A stretch of 64,000 bases of DNA from Actinomycetota bacterium (GTDB lineage: Bacteria; Actinomycetota; Actinomycetes; S36-B12; UBA5976), in contig VFKC01000042.1 of NCBI GenBank assembly GCA_009885745.1, positions 11,555 through 75,554 of the forward strand. Direction: 5' to 3'. Both the position numbers and the translations under genes were made by a program. The notes below the pieces were generated by a model. That model was not told the DNA's origin, did no database searches, and was given only the letters and a program-made list of their open reading frames with translations. Below, piece by piece: positions 37,991 through 48,838 of this stretch (position 1 is its first letter; every line of letters starts with the position of its first letter).

Positions 37991-37993
37991 AAA

Positions 37994-38911
37994 TTAAAAC
38001 CCAAGTCGTGAAAGTTGTTTTGGATCTCGTTGCCAGTCTTTCGCTATTTTGACTCGTAAATCAAGAAAAACTGGTACGCCTAGCAATTTACTTATCGACT
38101 CGCGCGAGATTGTGCCAACAGCCTTTAACCGACTTCCACCCTTGCCAATAACAATGTGCTTTTGGCTCTCGCGCTCAAGATACAAGATTGCATAAATGTC
38201 CATCAGTGGTCGGTCGGCTGGACGGTCTGCCCGCAAAGCCATCTCATCAACCACTACTGCGATGGAGTGTGGCAATTCGTCTCGCACTCCGTCAAGAGCT
38301 GCTTCGCGAATTAGTTCAGCAATCATGATGATCTCGGGCTCATCAGTTAAATCGCCATCTGGATATAAAGCGGGACCTTCGGGAAGAAGCTCGAGTAAAA
38401 GATTACTTAATAGATCAACTTGGTCATGTTCAACCGCAGAGACGGGAACTAGATGAGTCCAGTCAATTCCCACATCAACACCAAGTTGGTGGACTGCTAG
38501 CAATTGTTCACCAATCGCCTGCTTACCCATCAGGTCGGTTTTTGTAATTACTGCAACCTTTGGAACCTTGGGCACAAGGGCAAGCTGTTCCGCGATAAAA
38601 CGATCGCCTGGGCCAATAGGCTCGTTGGCCGGGAAGCACATAACAATGACATCGACCTCAGACCATGTGTCTGAAACAAGAGCGTTTAGGCGCTCACCAA
38701 GCAATGTTCTAGGGCGGTGCACTCCTGGTGTGTCAACCAAGATTAATTGACCATCGGGGCGATGAACAATGCCGCGAATGGTGTGACGAGTGGTCTGGGG
38801 CCGATCAGAAGTTATCGCAATCTTCTGTCCCACTAAGGCGTTGGTGAGTGTGGACTTGCCAACGTTTGGTCGACCCACGATACAAGCAAATCCACTGTGC
38901 ATATCATTCAC
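37994..38911 (-). CDS. era: GTPase Era
   Basis: G1 GRPNVGKST, G3 DTPG, C-terminal KH domain. Confidence 0.95.
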   Translation of the reverse strand: MNDMHSGFACIVGRPNVGKSTLTNALVGQKIAITSDRPQTTRHTIRGIVHRPDGQLILVDTPGVHRPRTLLGERLNALVSDTWSEVDVIVMCFPANEPIGPGDRFIAEQLALVPKVPKVAVITKTDLMGKQAIGEQLLAVHQLGVDVGIDWTHLVPVSAVEHDQVDLLSNLLLELLPEGPALYPDGDLTDEPEIIMIAELIREAALDGVRDELPHSIAVVVDEMALRADRPADRPLMDIYAILYLERESQKHIVIGKGGSRLKAVGTISRESISKLLGVPVFLDLRVKIAKDWQRDPKQLSRLGF

Positions 38912-38965
38912 TCTAACCAGTAACTGGCAAAGTAGTGCATTTGCTCAGATTGCTTGATGCCAAAC

Positions 38966-39310
38966 TCAAGTTGACAGGGTCTCTAACAGGTCTCCGACCA
39001 GCGAAACATGATGAAGGGGTATCCCTTGACCTGCAAAGCCTCGGACGTATTCAAGATCAGCTTGGGTAATTGGGAAATCAACAGATGCACAAATAACTAT
39101 TGCTTCGATTCCATCGGCACCAGAGGCGACGGCTTGAGAAACAACTAGAGCAATCGCAGAGAACTTGAGTGTTTCTACATTTACTTCAGCACTGGCATAT
39201 GTTCGCCCAGTTGAATCTCTTAATGCAGCCGAACTTTGTGCCTGAATTCGACTTCTTGCCGAGCGGGCCAGCGTCACTAACTTTTCATCTTCACTAGACC
39301 AATTACTCAT
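38966..39310 (-). CDS. conserved hypothetical protein in the corC-era interval (possibly a degenerate cytidine-deaminase-like fold)
   Basis: ORF in the position of M. tuberculosis Rv2365c. No zinc-ligand CAE/PCxxC motifs are visible. ATG 39310 overlaps the corC end by 8 nt. Confidence 0.35.
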   Translation of the reverse strand: MSNWSSEDEKLVTLARSARSRIQAQSSAALRDSTGRTYASAEVNVETLKFSAIALVVSQAVASGADGIEAIVICASVDFPITQADLEYVRGFAGQGIPLHHVSLVGDLLETLST

Positions 39311-40592
39311 TTGTGCCCTGCAATTCTTCATCTGCTAAATTCTCGCGAGTAACCAATACTGAGTCGATTCGATGTCTGCGTCCTGCTACCGACTCCGCGG
39401 TGAGAGTCCATTCGCCAATTTTTACTTGAGCACCTGGAATGGGCACAATACCTAAGCGTTTACCCATCAGACCGCTAACAGTATCCACGCCATCATCTTC
39501 TAACTCTTGCGATATTAATTCAGCGAAGTCATCAATGTGGAGCCGCGAACTTACTCGGAATTCTCCATTTGGCAATTCGGCAATTTCTGGACCGAGTACG
39601 TCATACTCGTCTGAGATGTCACCAACAATTTCTTCCAATACATCCTCGATAGTGACAAGGCCGGCCGTGCCACCATACTCATCAACCAACACGGCGAGAT
39701 GTTTACGAGCGGTCTGCATGTCTCGCAGCAATTCATCTACTAATCGGCTGTCTGGAACCATGTAGGCCGGTCGCATCAGATCCTCAACATGCTCTGTTGT
39801 TTGCGCTTCGCTATGTTCGAAAACTCTTTTGGCAATGTCCTTTATGTAAATAACGCCAACGATGTCATCTATTCCATCCCCCACGACTGGAATACGCGAA
39901 TACCCTGAGCGTAAACCAAGAGACATCGCTTGGCGCAAGGTCTTGTGCTTTTCAATCCAAACCATTTCAGTACGAGGAACCATAACCTCACGAGCAACAG
40001 TGTCACCTAATTCAAAAACAGAATGAATCATTGCTCGCTCTTCATCTTCGATTAAAAGATCTGCCCCCGCCAAGTCCACTAGCTCGCGTAATTCAGCCTG
40101 AGTCGAAAAAGGTCCTTCCCGATATCCTTTTCCGGGAGTTATAGCATTTCCTACCAAAATAAATAATTTAGTTAATGGCGCTAGAAAGATTGTGACTAAT
40201 CGAGTGAGTCGAACTGTTCCCAATGCAATCTTGTCGGCACGCTGGCGACCTAAAGTTTCAGGAGCAACCCCAAGAATTACGTAACCAACGACTACCATGA
40301 CAAAGACCGCAGTGGCTAGGGCCGCAGTGTCATCAGCAATTAGATTTAGGCAGACTTTTGTTACGAAGACGACTGAGACTGTTTCCAAAGTTAAGTGAGC
40401 GAAAAGTAGTGCATTTACATAGCGCGCCCGCTGATCAAGAATCTTAAGAAGTGAATCAGCTTTGCGATTACCATCGCGCTTCAACTGCTCGATAGAAACA
40501 CGACTTACTCGCACCAATGCTGATTCAGCAGCGGTAAGCACGCACGCAAAAATCACAAAGAATACCGACAAGGCGATTAACAATTGATTCAC
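39303..40592 (-). CDS. hemolysin-family/CorC-type protein (DUF21 membrane domain + CBS pair + CorC_HlyC)
   Basis: 429 aa. N-terminal TM helices, central CBS-like region and C-terminal transporter-associated domain. Synteny ybeY-corC-era. Confidence 0.85.
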   Translation of the reverse strand: MNQLLIALSVFFVIFACVLTAAESALVRVSRVSIEQLKRDGNRKADSLLKILDQRARYVNALLFAHLTLETVSVVFVTKVCLNLIADDTAALATAVFVMVVVGYVILGVAPETLGRQRADKIALGTVRLTRLVTIFLAPLTKLFILVGNAITPGKGYREGPFSTQAELRELVDLAGADLLIEDEERAMIHSVFELGDTVAREVMVPRTEMVWIEKHKTLRQAMSLGLRSGYSRIPVVGDGIDDIVGVIYIKDIAKRVFEHSEAQTTEHVEDLMRPAYMVPDSRLVDELLRDMQTARKHLAVLVDEYGGTAGLVTIEDVLEEIVGDISDEYDVLGPEIAELPNGEFRVSSRLHIDDFAELISQELEDDGVDTVSGLMGKRLGIVPIPGAQVKIGEWTLTAESVAGRRHRIDSVLVTRENLADEELQGTNE

Positions 40593-41059
40593 ACTTCATC
40601 CCGGCGATTACGTTCGCCTTCCCATTCCGCTAACAATTGCGCTTGCATACCGAACATAACTTTATGTTCCTCTGGTTCGGCGTGATCATGGCCCAGTAGA
40701 TGTAGCACCCCATGAGTTAACAAAAGCCTAAGTTCCACATCTGTGGAATGTCCGGCTGCAATACCTTGACGTTCGGCTACTGCCGGACACAAAACTACGT
40801 CACCCAAGATGCCCTCAGCGCTGGGTTCATCGGCAGTTCCTTCGCGCAGTTCGTCCATTGGGAAACTTAAAACATCAGTTGAACCTGGCTCGTCCATAAA
40901 ACGTTCATGCAGATTGGCCATTACGACTTCATTTACCAACATGATTGATAGTTCCGCCGCAGGATTAATGTGTAGTCGTCTTAACAAGAATTCACTCTGA
41001 TCGGATAATTCCTTTTCATCCAATTCATATTCTGATTCATTGCAAATATCTATTGGCAT
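40589..41059 (-). CDS. ybeY: rRNA maturation endoribonuclease YbeY
   Basis: Metal-binding motif HGVLHLLGHDH. Confidence 0.95.
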   Translation of the reverse strand: MPIDICNESEYELDEKELSDQSEFLLRRLHINPAAELSIMLVNEVVMANLHERFMDEPGSTDVLSFPMDELREGTADEPSAEGILGDVVLCPAVAERQGIAAGHSTDVELRLLLTHGVLHLLGHDHAEPEEHKVMFGMQAQLLAEWEGERNRRDEV

Positions 41060-41061
41060 GT

Positions 41062-42081
41062 TTACGCACGATCCTGTCTAAGCCCAGCTTGGGTGGCATT
41101 TGCCTGCCGTTGTTCGTCATAACGGGTGTAGGCGTCCACTATTTGTCCCACTAACCTGTGGCGAACCACGTCAGTAGATGTAAGTTCGCAGAAAGACACA
41201 TCTTCCACGCCAGCAAGAATTTCACGAACTACCCGCAAACCACTTGTTGTGCCAGAGGGTAAATCAACTTGAGTGATGTCACCAGTAATGACCATTGTTG
41301 AGCCAAACCCAAGTCGAGTCAGAAACATTTTCATCTGTTCAGCAGAGGTATTTTGTGCCTCATCCAAAATGATGAACGCATCGTTGAGTGTGCGACCACG
41401 CATGTAGGCAAGAGGTGCGACTTCAATCACGCCACTGGTGATTAGCCGAGGTATCGAATCTGGATCAAGCATGTCATGTAGCGCGTCATAAAGCGGGCGT
41501 AAATACGGGTCAATCTTTTCACTCAGAGTTCCTGGTAAAAAGCCAAGTCGCTCGCCAGCTTCAACCGCTGGTCTAGTCAGGATAATTCGAGAGATTTGTT
41601 TATTTTGTAATGCTTGTATTGCCTTGGCAACAGCCAAGTAGGTTTTTCCAGTTCCGGCTGGACCAATTCCAAAAACGACAGTATTTTTATCAATTGCATC
41701 AACATAATGTTTTTGATTAAGAGTTTTTGCTCTAATAGTTTTGCCACGACTCGACAAAATGCTTGAGGTGAGCACATCCGCTGGCTTTACATCAGAGCGA
41801 AGCATCGTAATTGAGCGTTCGACGGACTCAGTAGTTAAACCTTGACCAGTTCGCAAAACGAGAATCATCTGCGCAATCAGGCTCTCAATTAGTCCGATAG
41901 TTTCGGATGGGCCATCAAGGGTTATCTCATTTCCGCGCGTCATGATTACAACGTCCTTGAATGCGCCCTCAATAACTCGCATGAGTTCATCACGATGTCC
42001 AAGAATGGAAACCATCGGTGTTGAAGTGGGCACCACGATTACTGCGTGTACCGGCTCATCAGAAATTGTCATTGGTTCCAT
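41062..42081 (-). CDS. phoH: PhoH-family ATPase
   Basis: Walker A GPAGTGKT and ILDEAQN. Confidence 0.9.
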   Translation of the reverse strand: MEPMTISDEPVHAVIVVPTSTPMVSILGHRDELMRVIEGAFKDVVIMTRGNEITLDGPSETIGLIESLIAQMILVLRTGQGLTTESVERSITMLRSDVKPADVLTSSILSSRGKTIRAKTLNQKHYVDAIDKNTVVFGIGPAGTGKTYLAVAKAIQALQNKQISRIILTRPAVEAGERLGFLPGTLSEKIDPYLRPLYDALHDMLDPDSIPRLITSGVIEVAPLAYMRGRTLNDAFIILDEAQNTSAEQMKMFLTRLGFGSTMVITGDITQVDLPSGTTSGLRVVREILAGVEDVSFCELTSTDVVRHRLVGQIVDAYTRYDEQRQANATQAGLRQDRA

Positions 42082-42099
42082 TGTAAGTGAGGTTTTTCG

Positions 42100-42441
42100 C
42101 TATCCGGGTGGCCAGGTCAAACTGCGTCCGCCAAGGACATGTAAGTGCATGTGATCAACGCTTTGGCCACCATCATCACCGATGTTGGAAACCACACGGT
42201 AGCCACCTTCAAGGCCTTCTAAAACGGCAACGTCTGAGGCTGCGGTAAAGACTTTTGCTGCCAATTCTGGGTTGTGAGTTACCAGCGAAGTTAAGTTGTC
42301 ATAGTGTTCACGGGGAATGATTAGGACATGCGTTGGCGCTTGAGGCGAAACATCTCGAAATGCCAGTACCTCAGCGGTTTCAAGCACAACGGTTGCCGGG
42401 ATTTTGCCCGCTACGATCTCACAGAAAATGCAATCACTCAT
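42100..42441 (-). CDS. histidine triad (HIT) family nucleotide hydrolase
   Basis: DCIFCEI N-terminus and histidine triad HMHLHVLGG. Confidence 0.9.
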   Translation of the reverse strand: MSDCIFCEIVAGKIPATVVLETAEVLAFRDVSPQAPTHVLIIPREHYDNLTSLVTHNPELAAKVFTAASDVAVLEGLEGGYRVVSNIGDDGGQSVDHMHLHVLGGRSLTWPPG

Positions 42442-42475
42442 AAAGACATTCTGACACTTGAATACGAATTAACAA

Positions 42476-43210
42476 CTAATTCCACCGAGAAGTACCCGCT
42501 GAGATTACCGCAGTCGCAACAGCCCCGGCAGTTGAGGTGCGCATGACACTCGGACCCATTTGCACAATCTTGGCGCCTGCACTGGCAAACATAAGTAGTT
42601 CATCTTGCGATATGCCGCCTTCTGGACCCACCACAATAACTATTTGACCATCTTGGGGCGCGTTTATCTCAGACATGCTTTGATCAGCACTTTCATGAAG
42701 TACAACTGCTAAATCAGCGGCTGCTATTAAGTCGCAAATTGATTCACTCGATTGCAGGCCTTCAACGAACGGAATCCATGCGCGGCGTGACTGTTTGGTG
42801 GCTTCGCGCACAGTTCGACGCCAACGCTCTAGGGCCTTTTCTGCGTTGTCCCACTTAACCACGCTGTGGTGTGCTCGCCAAGGAACTATGACATCTACCC
42901 CGACTTCAGTTAGCATCTCGACAGCCAACTCAGCACGATCACCTTTAGCCAATGCCTGAACGACAACTACCTGAAGTGCGGGCAACTCTTCGATTTCTAC
43001 GGTTTCAACCAAGATAAAGATTGATTCCTTTTTAACTTCGCAGACAGTTCCAGTAGCCCGCACACCTTCACCATTGCAAAGGTCAACTACTTCGCCCAAT
43101 TTGATACGCCGAACAACGCCAGCGTGGCGACCTTCATCACCTGCAAGGTGCACAGTTGCTCCGGCACTTAGCCCGCTAGGCAATTCGCAGATAAAAACTG
43201 GATTGCTCAT
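42476..43210 (-). CDS. rsmE: 16S rRNA (uracil1498-N3)-methyltransferase
   Basis: RsmE-size ORF with the C-terminal GPEGG motif (VVGPEGGISQDE). Synteny dnaJ-rsmE. Confidence 0.85.
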   Translation of the reverse strand: MSNPVFICELPSGLSAGATVHLAGDEGRHAGVVRRIKLGEVVDLCNGEGVRATGTVCEVKKESIFILVETVEIEELPALQVVVVQALAKGDRAELAVEMLTEVGVDVIVPWRAHHSVVKWDNAEKALERWRRTVREATKQSRRAWIPFVEGLQSSESICDLIAAADLAVVLHESADQSMSEINAPQDGQIVIVVGPEGGISQDELLMFASAGAKIVQMGPSVMRTSTAGAVATAVISAGTSRWN

Positions 43211-44322
43211 CGACCTGAGAATGCATCTTTGAGTTTGCCGAATAATCCAGATGGATGTTCATTTAGTCCAGCTTCAGGCTTTTCTTCACCGCGCAATGCA
43301 GCAAGCTGGCGCAAGAGTAATTCCTGTTCCTCATCAATAGCCACTGGAGTGAGCACCTCAAGATGTACGTGCAAATCGCCTCGGCCTGAACTACGAAGCC
43401 TCGGCATTCCTTGTCCACGTAAAGTCACTGTTGATCCAGATTGAGTTCCTGGTTTGATGGTTATGGATTCAAGCCCATCTAGTGTCTCAATCTCCATAGT
43501 TGCCCCGAGCGCAGCCGCTGTCATTGGCAAAGTCAAAGTTGCATGGAGTTGATCGCCTTGGCGCTGAAAAAGCGGATGAGCTTGTTCAATGATTTCAACG
43601 TACAAATCTCCGGCAGGACCACCACCAGGACCAACTTCTCCCTGGCCAGTCATTTGGATTCGGGTACCACCATCAACACCAGGCGGAATGTTCACGGTAA
43701 TTGTATGACGAGTTCGAACTCGACCGTCTCCTGCACATTCTGCACATGGATGAGGGTTCAAGGTGCCAAAGCCGGAACATTGTGGGCATGGACGCGAAGT
43801 CATGACTTGACCCAAGAATGACTTTTGGACTGATTGAATTTCGCCGCGACCATGACACATTGAACAGTCGATGATGTTGGCACCTGCGGAAGTGCCAGCA
43901 CCTTGACAATCCCCACAGGCAACAGCCGTATCGACCGCAATTTCACGAGTTGTGCCAAAAGCAGCTTCATTCAAAGTCACCTGAAGACGGATCAACGCAT
44001 CTTGACCACGACGTCGACGCGAGCGGGGACCTCTTTGTCCGCCACCACCAAAAAATGCGTCAACAATATCGCCAAAACCAAACCCAGCAGCTGGATTGAA
44101 TCCACCAGAGGAGAATGGATCGCCACCCAGGTCATACATCTCACGCTTTTGTGGATCAGAAAGTACCTCGTAGGCAGCAGTGACTTCTTTGAATCGTTCA
44201 GCGGCATCTGCGCCATCATTTATGTCCGGGTGCAGTTCGCGAGCAAGTTTGCGATAGGACCGCTTCATCTCTTCAGCAGTTGCATCACGGCTCACACCGA
44301 GGACTTGATAATAATCAGACAC
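43207..44322 (-). CDS. dnaJ: molecular chaperone DnaJ
   Basis: J domain DYYQVLGV...HPD, G/F region and four CxxCxG zinc motifs. Confidence 0.95.
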   Translation of the reverse strand: MSDYYQVLGVSRDATAEEMKRSYRKLARELHPDINDGADAAERFKEVTAAYEVLSDPQKREMYDLGGDPFSSGGFNPAAGFGFGDIVDAFFGGGGQRGPRSRRRRGQDALIRLQVTLNEAAFGTTREIAVDTAVACGDCQGAGTSAGANIIDCSMCHGRGEIQSVQKSFLGQVMTSRPCPQCSGFGTLNPHPCAECAGDGRVRTRHTITVNIPPGVDGGTRIQMTGQGEVGPGGGPAGDLYVEIIEQAHPLFQRQGDQLHATLTLPMTAAALGATMEIETLDGLESITIKPGTQSGSTVTLRGQGMPRLRSSGRGDLHVHLEVLTPVAIDEEQELLLRQLAALRGEEKPEAGLNEHPSGLFGKLKDAFSGR

Positions 44323-45339
44323 TTACTTCTCCATCAGAATTTGGCCGACGTAACGCGCTACTGCACGAACTGCGGCTATCGAACCTGGGTAATCCATTCG
44401 GGTTGGGCCAAGTACACCCATATTTGCAATCGCTTGATCGCCAGTGCCATAGCCAACTGTCACAACTGAAGCTGACCGGAATTCTTCAACTGGATTTTCA
44501 TGACCAATGCGCACAGTTAGAGCATCCGGTGAGACGCTCTCGCCGAAGAGGCGAAGCAGTACCACGTGCTCTTCAAGGGCTTCTAAAACTGGACCGACTT
44601 CAGTTACAAAAGTCTCCCCAACTCTGGCGAGATTGGCGGTACCACCGATAACAACTCGTTCGTCATTTTGAGTGACGACAGATTCCAACAATGTTGCTAC
44701 TACTGCATTAATCACCGGCTGTTGACTTGGTGAAAAGTGGCTTGCCAAATCCTGCACACAATCAGGAATTTCAGTGAATAGGCGGCCATCGACAGCGATG
44801 TTCAATTTTGTTCGAAGCGCACTCAAGAGAGCGTCATCAATTTCTAACGGCGTCTCAATTGAACGCTGTTCAACGCGACCGGTATCGGCGATAACAATCA
44901 TGAGTAGTCGACTTGGACCCGTGGTCAGCAACTCAATATGACGAACTGAACTGCGCCCTATTGATGGGTACTGCACCAGGGCAACTTGTTTTGTTAGTTG
45001 AGAAAGCAAACGCACAGTACGACCCATAACATCATCGAGGTCAACGGCTTGGTCCAAGAAAGAATGAATCGCCCGTTGCTCAGCGCCAGAAAGTGGCTTG
45101 ACTGTGCTTAGTTTGTCGACAAATAGTCGGTAACCCTTGTCCGTTGGGATTCGACCGGCACTGGTGTGCGGTGCGCTGATTAAACCCTCATCTTCAAGCG
45201 TGGCCATGTCATTACGGATTGTTGCTGATGAGACGCCAAGGCTGTGGCGATCGGCTAAAGCCTTTGACCCAACAGGTTCTTTAGTATGCACATAGTCTTC
45301 GACGATGGCGCGCAGAATAGATAATCTGCGATCTTCCAC
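44323..45339 (-). CDS. hrcA: heat-inducible transcription repressor HrcA
   Basis: N-terminal winged helix [24 protein letters not shown] start with a GGGGAGG SD. A CIRCE element lies immediately upstream. Confidence 0.9.
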   Translation of the reverse strand: MEDRRLSILRAIVEDYVHTKEPVGSKALADRHSLGVSSATIRNDMATLEDEGLISAPHTSAGRIPTDKGYRLFVDKLSTVKPLSGAEQRAIHSFLDQAVDLDDVMGRTVRLLSQLTKQVALVQYPSIGRSSVRHIELLTTGPSRLLMIVIADTGRVEQRSIETPLEIDDALLSALRTKLNIAVDGRLFTEIPDCVQDLASHFSPSQQPVINAVVATLLESVVTQNDERVVIGGTANLARVGETFVTEVGPVLEALEEHVVLLRLFGESVSPDALTVRIGHENPVEEFRSASVVTVGYGTGDQAIANMGVLGPTRMDYPGSIAAVRAVARYVGQILMEK

Positions 45340-45349
45340 GGCGCCTCCC

Positions 45350-45376
45350 CTAGCACTCGGTAACCCTGAGTGCCAG
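45350..45376. promoter_or_regulatory. CIRCE operator (HrcA binding site)
   Basis: CTAGCACTC-N9-GAGTGCCAG versus consensus TTAGCACTC-N9-GAGTGCTAA. It ends 10 nt upstream of the hrcA start. Confidence 0.8.
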
Positions 45377-45387
45377 TCTAACCCCGA

Positions 45388-46536
45388 TTAAGCCCACAAG
45401 CGCGCGACTAAGCCGTCAGCTAATAGTCGGCCGGTAAAAGTTAGGACTGCCAAGTCGCTTTCAAATTTCGCAGAGTCAAGCAAGCCATCGAGAACTGCTT
45501 GTTTTGCCTCTTTGAGACCATCTCCACTCAATACGCCAAGCGGCAGTCCTTCGCGCAGGCGCAGGCGCAACATAATTTCTTCGTGGGCAATATCAACAGG
45601 CGTTAGTGCTTCGCTCTCATGTGCGGGCGATTCCAAAGCATCTACTCGCGCAGCCCAAGCCGCAGGATGTTTCACATTCCAACTTCGCATGCCAGCCGTA
45701 TGAGCATGCGCACCTGGTCCGATGCCAAGCCAATCTTGATTGCGCCAGTAAGCCAAGTTGTGCTGGCATTCTGCTCCTTGGCGCGACCAGTTGCTGACTT
45801 CATACCAAGACAAACCCATTTCGGATAAATGCTTGTCGATAATCGCATACCTTGTGGCCGCTACATCATCACTTGGTGAAGGTACTTCCCCGCGGGCAAC
45901 TCGAGCAGCAAGCCGTGTGCCAGGCTCAACAATCAATGAGTAAGCACTCACATGATCCACATCTGCCTTGGCCACATCCGCCAGTGTGTTAGCCAGATCC
46001 TCTTCGGTTTCTCCCGGAGAGCCATAAATCAAATCAACACTGACGTGCTCGAAGCCAACTTCACGAGCCCACTTGATTGCTTGCCAAGTTTTACCAGGAG
46101 TGTGCGTTCGCTCTAGGAGTGCCAAAACATTTGGGGCGCTACTTTGATGACCGAACGAGATGCGCGTGAATCCGCCATCCTTGAGCGTTCGTAAATATTC
46201 CAAATCAACTGAATCAGGATTGGCTTCAGTTGTGACCTCGGCAACGGGATCAAGCCCATAATTTTTGCGAAGTGCATCCAAAATCAAAACTAAATCCCTC
46301 GCAGCCAGCAGCGTCGGGGTTCCACCACCGAAAAATACTGTGCTGATTGGTCGGACATCCTGCGGTGTTTGAGACTTGGTCCACTCAATTTCGGCAACCA
46401 CTCGTTGAGCATAAGTTACTGCAGTTATTACCGTTTCGTCGCGCTGTAACTCTGCAGCGGTATAGGTATTGAAATCACAGTAGCCACAACGAGATGCACA
46501 AAAAGGAACGTGGACATAAGCCCCTAAAGTTCGCAT
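45388..46536 (-). CDS. hemW: radical-SAM heme chaperone HemW (formerly HemN-like coproporphyrinogen oxidase)
   Basis: CxxxCxxC motif FCASRCGYCDF. ATG 46536 lies 4 nt after the lepA stop, so the longer ORF-track start at 46590 is unlikely. Confidence 0.85.
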   Translation of the reverse strand: MRTLGAYVHVPFCASRCGYCDFNTYTAAELQRDETVITAVTYAQRVVAEIEWTKSQTPQDVRPISTVFFGGGTPTLLAARDLVLILDALRKNYGLDPVAEVTTEANPDSVDLEYLRTLKDGGFTRISFGHQSSAPNVLALLERTHTPGKTWQAIKWAREVGFEHVSVDLIYGSPGETEEDLANTLADVAKADVDHVSAYSLIVEPGTRLAARVARGEVPSPSDDVAATRYAIIDKHLSEMGLSWYEVSNWSRQGAECQHNLAYWRNQDWLGIGPGAHAHTAGMRSWNVKHPAAWAARVDALESPAHESEALTPVDIAHEEIMLRLRLREGLPLGVLSGDGLKEAKQAVLDGLLDSAKFESDLAVLTFTGRLLADGLVARLWA

Positions 46537-46540
46537 CGAA

Positions 46541-48397
46541 TTACTTTGCTTTCGGCTTGGCACCATTGTCATCGGTGGAAAGAGCTGCAATAAATGCTTC
46601 TTGTGGAATTTCTACGCGGCCAACCATCTTCATGCGCTTCTTTCCTTCCTTCTGCTTTTCTAGAAGTTTGCGCTTACGCGAAATGTCACCACCGTAACAT
46701 TTTGCCAAAACATCTTTGCGCATCGCGCGGATTGTTTCGCGGGCAATTACTCGAGCGCCAATAGCGGCTTGAATTGGTACTTCGAACTGTTGGCGCGGAA
46801 TAAGTTCTTTGAGTTTCGCAGCCATCGCAACACCGTATGCATAAGCCTTGTCCTTGTGCACGATTGCGCTAAAGGCATCCACGGGATCGCCATGAAGCAA
46901 GATATCGACCTTGACCAAGTCTGCTGACTGTTCACCTGTTGGTTCGTAATCAAGCGATGCATACCCACGAGTGCGAGACTTCAACTGATCAAAGAAATCG
47001 AAAACAATTTCAGCCAAAGGCAAGGTGTAGCGCATTTCAACACGATCTTCGGACAGGTAATCCATTCCGTGCAAAGTGCCACGTCGATTTTGGCAAAGTT
47101 CCATAATCGCACCAACGAATTCATGAGGGGTCAAAATCGTTGAGCGCACAACTGGTTCATTTACCTCTGAAATTTTGCCCGTTGGAAATTCGCTTGGGTT
47201 GGTAACAATGTGTTCACTATCATCATCCATGACCACTCGATAGACCACGTTTGGCGCGGTAGAAATCAGTTCCAGATTAAATTCACGCTCAAGACGTTCG
47301 CGGACAATTTCAAGGTGCAAAAGCCCAAGAAACCCACAACGGAAACCAAAGCCTAATGCGACTGAAGATTCTGGTTCATAGACCAAAGCAGCATCATTTA
47401 GTTTCAATTTATCTAGTGCCTCGCGAAGCACTGGGAAATCAGAGCCATCCATTGGAAACAGACCTGAGAAAACCATTGGTACTGGATCGCGATAACCACC
47501 AAGCGCCTCAGTCGCACCTCGATTAGCCATCGTCACGGTGTCACCTACTCGTGACTGGCGTACATCTTTAACCCCAGTGATGAAGTAACCCACTTCACCA
47601 ACACCGATTGCTTGAGATGGCATCGGATCTGGTGAAATTACACCAACTTCTAAAGTCTCGTGTGTCTCGCCAGTACTCATCATTTTGATGCGCTCGCGAT
47701 CGGCGAAGCGGCCATCAATTACTCGTACATAAGTTACAACTCCGCGGTAGGTATCGTAGACCGAATCAAAAATCAAAGCGCGAGCTGGTGCGTTCTCGTC
47801 ACCAACAGGCGCAGGGACCAACTTCACAACTTCGTTTAGTAGTTCTTCAACACCAAGACCGGTCTTTGCGCTAACTCGTAGAACCGTCGAAGGATCGCAA
47901 CCAATAATGTGGGCAATCTCTGCTGCGTACTTTTCTGGCTGAGCAGATGGCAAGTCGATCTTGTTCAACACCGGAATAATTGTGAGGTTATTTTCCAAGG
48001 CTAAGTAGAGGTTCGCCAAAGTCTGCGCCTCGATTCCTTGAGCCGCATCGACAAGCAAAACCGCACCCTCACAAGCTGCCAGACTGCGACTTACCTCGTA
48101 AGTAAAGTCAACGTGGCCAGGAGTATCAATCAAGTTCAAAACATAAGTAACGCCATCATCGGCAGCGAATGGCAACCTGACAGCTTGACTCTTGATTGTG
48201 ATGCCACGCTCACGTTCAATGTCCATTCGATCGAGATACTGCGCGCGCATATTTCGCGGGTCAACAATGCCGGTTAATTGCAACATTCGATCGGCTAGCG
48301 TTGATTTGCCGTGGTCAATGTGCGCAATGATGCAGAAATTGCGGATTATTGCTGGGTCGGTGGCGCCAGGTACAGGTGCTTTGGCAGCCATGGACAT
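46541..48397 (-). CDS. lepA: translation elongation factor 4
   Basis: G domain [14 protein letters not shown] and DTPGHVDF. 618 aa. Confidence 0.95.
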   Translation of the reverse strand: MSMAAKAPVPGATDPAIIRNFCIIAHIDHGKSTLADRMLQLTGIVDPRNMRAQYLDRMDIERERGITIKSQAVRLPFAADDGVTYVLNLIDTPGHVDFTYEVSRSLAACEGAVLLVDAAQGIEAQTLANLYLALENNLTIIPVLNKIDLPSAQPEKYAAEIAHIIGCDPSTVLRVSAKTGLGVEELLNEVVKLVPAPVGDENAPARALIFDSVYDTYRGVVTYVRVIDGRFADRERIKMMSTGETHETLEVGVISPDPMPSQAIGVGEVGYFITGVKDVRQSRVGDTVTMANRGATEALGGYRDPVPMVFSGLFPMDGSDFPVLREALDKLKLNDAALVYEPESSVALGFGFRCGFLGLLHLEIVRERLEREFNLELISTAPNVVYRVVMDDDSEHIVTNPSEFPTGKISEVNEPVVRSTILTPHEFVGAIMELCQNRRGTLHGMDYLSEDRVEMRYTLPLAEIVFDFFDQLKSRTRGYASLDYEPTGEQSADLVKVDILLHGDPVDAFSAIVHKDKAYAYGVAMAAKLKELIPRQQFEVPIQAAIGARVIARETIRAMRKDVLAKCYGGDISRKRKLLEKQKEGKKRMKMVGRVEIPQEAFIAALSTDDNGAKPKAK

Positions 48398-48525
48398 CCT
48401 TTAAAAATCAGGGCAGAACATAAGTTTCGCGACCTCATATTCCCACATAAGTAGTGGATTTGAGCAATTGGGCTAAATACAGGTAACCTAGGGGTTCGTT
48501 CACTGACATTGTAAAGAGGCAAATC

Positions 48526-48786
48526 GTGGCCAACATTAAGTCCCAGAAGAAGCGCATCCTGCAGAATGCTGCTGCCCAAGAACGCAACAAGTCTGTTCGC
48601 AGCGCGCTTAAGACCAAGATCCGTCGCTTCCGCGAGGCACTAGTTGCTGGTGATCAGGCTCAGGTTGACGCAACTCTTACCGAGGCATCACGTGCTTTGG
48701 ATAAGGCTGCCTCAAAGGGTGTAATCCACAAGAACCAGGCAGCTAACCGCAAGTCATCAATGGCAAGCGCAGCCAATAAGGCTTAA
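48526..48786 (+). CDS. rpsT: 30S ribosomal protein S20
   Basis: GTG start with an [24 protein letters not shown]-terminus. Confidence 0.95.
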   Translation: MANIKSQKKRILQNAAAQERNKSVRSALKTKIRRFREALVAGDQAQVDATLTEASRALDKAASKGVIHKNQAANRKSSMASAANKA

Positions 48787-48803
48787 ATAGCAAAACTTCA
48801 AGT

Positions 48804-48838
48804 AAAGCCCCGCCAATACGGTGGGGCTTTACTTTTGT
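48804..48838. terminator. bidirectional rho-independent terminator between rpsT (+) and holA (-)
   Basis: 11-bp stem AAAGCCCCGCC / GGTGGGGCTTT (one G-U pair), loop AATAC, then a T-rich tail. The 3' arm overlaps the holA stop codon by 2 nt. Confidence 0.8.
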
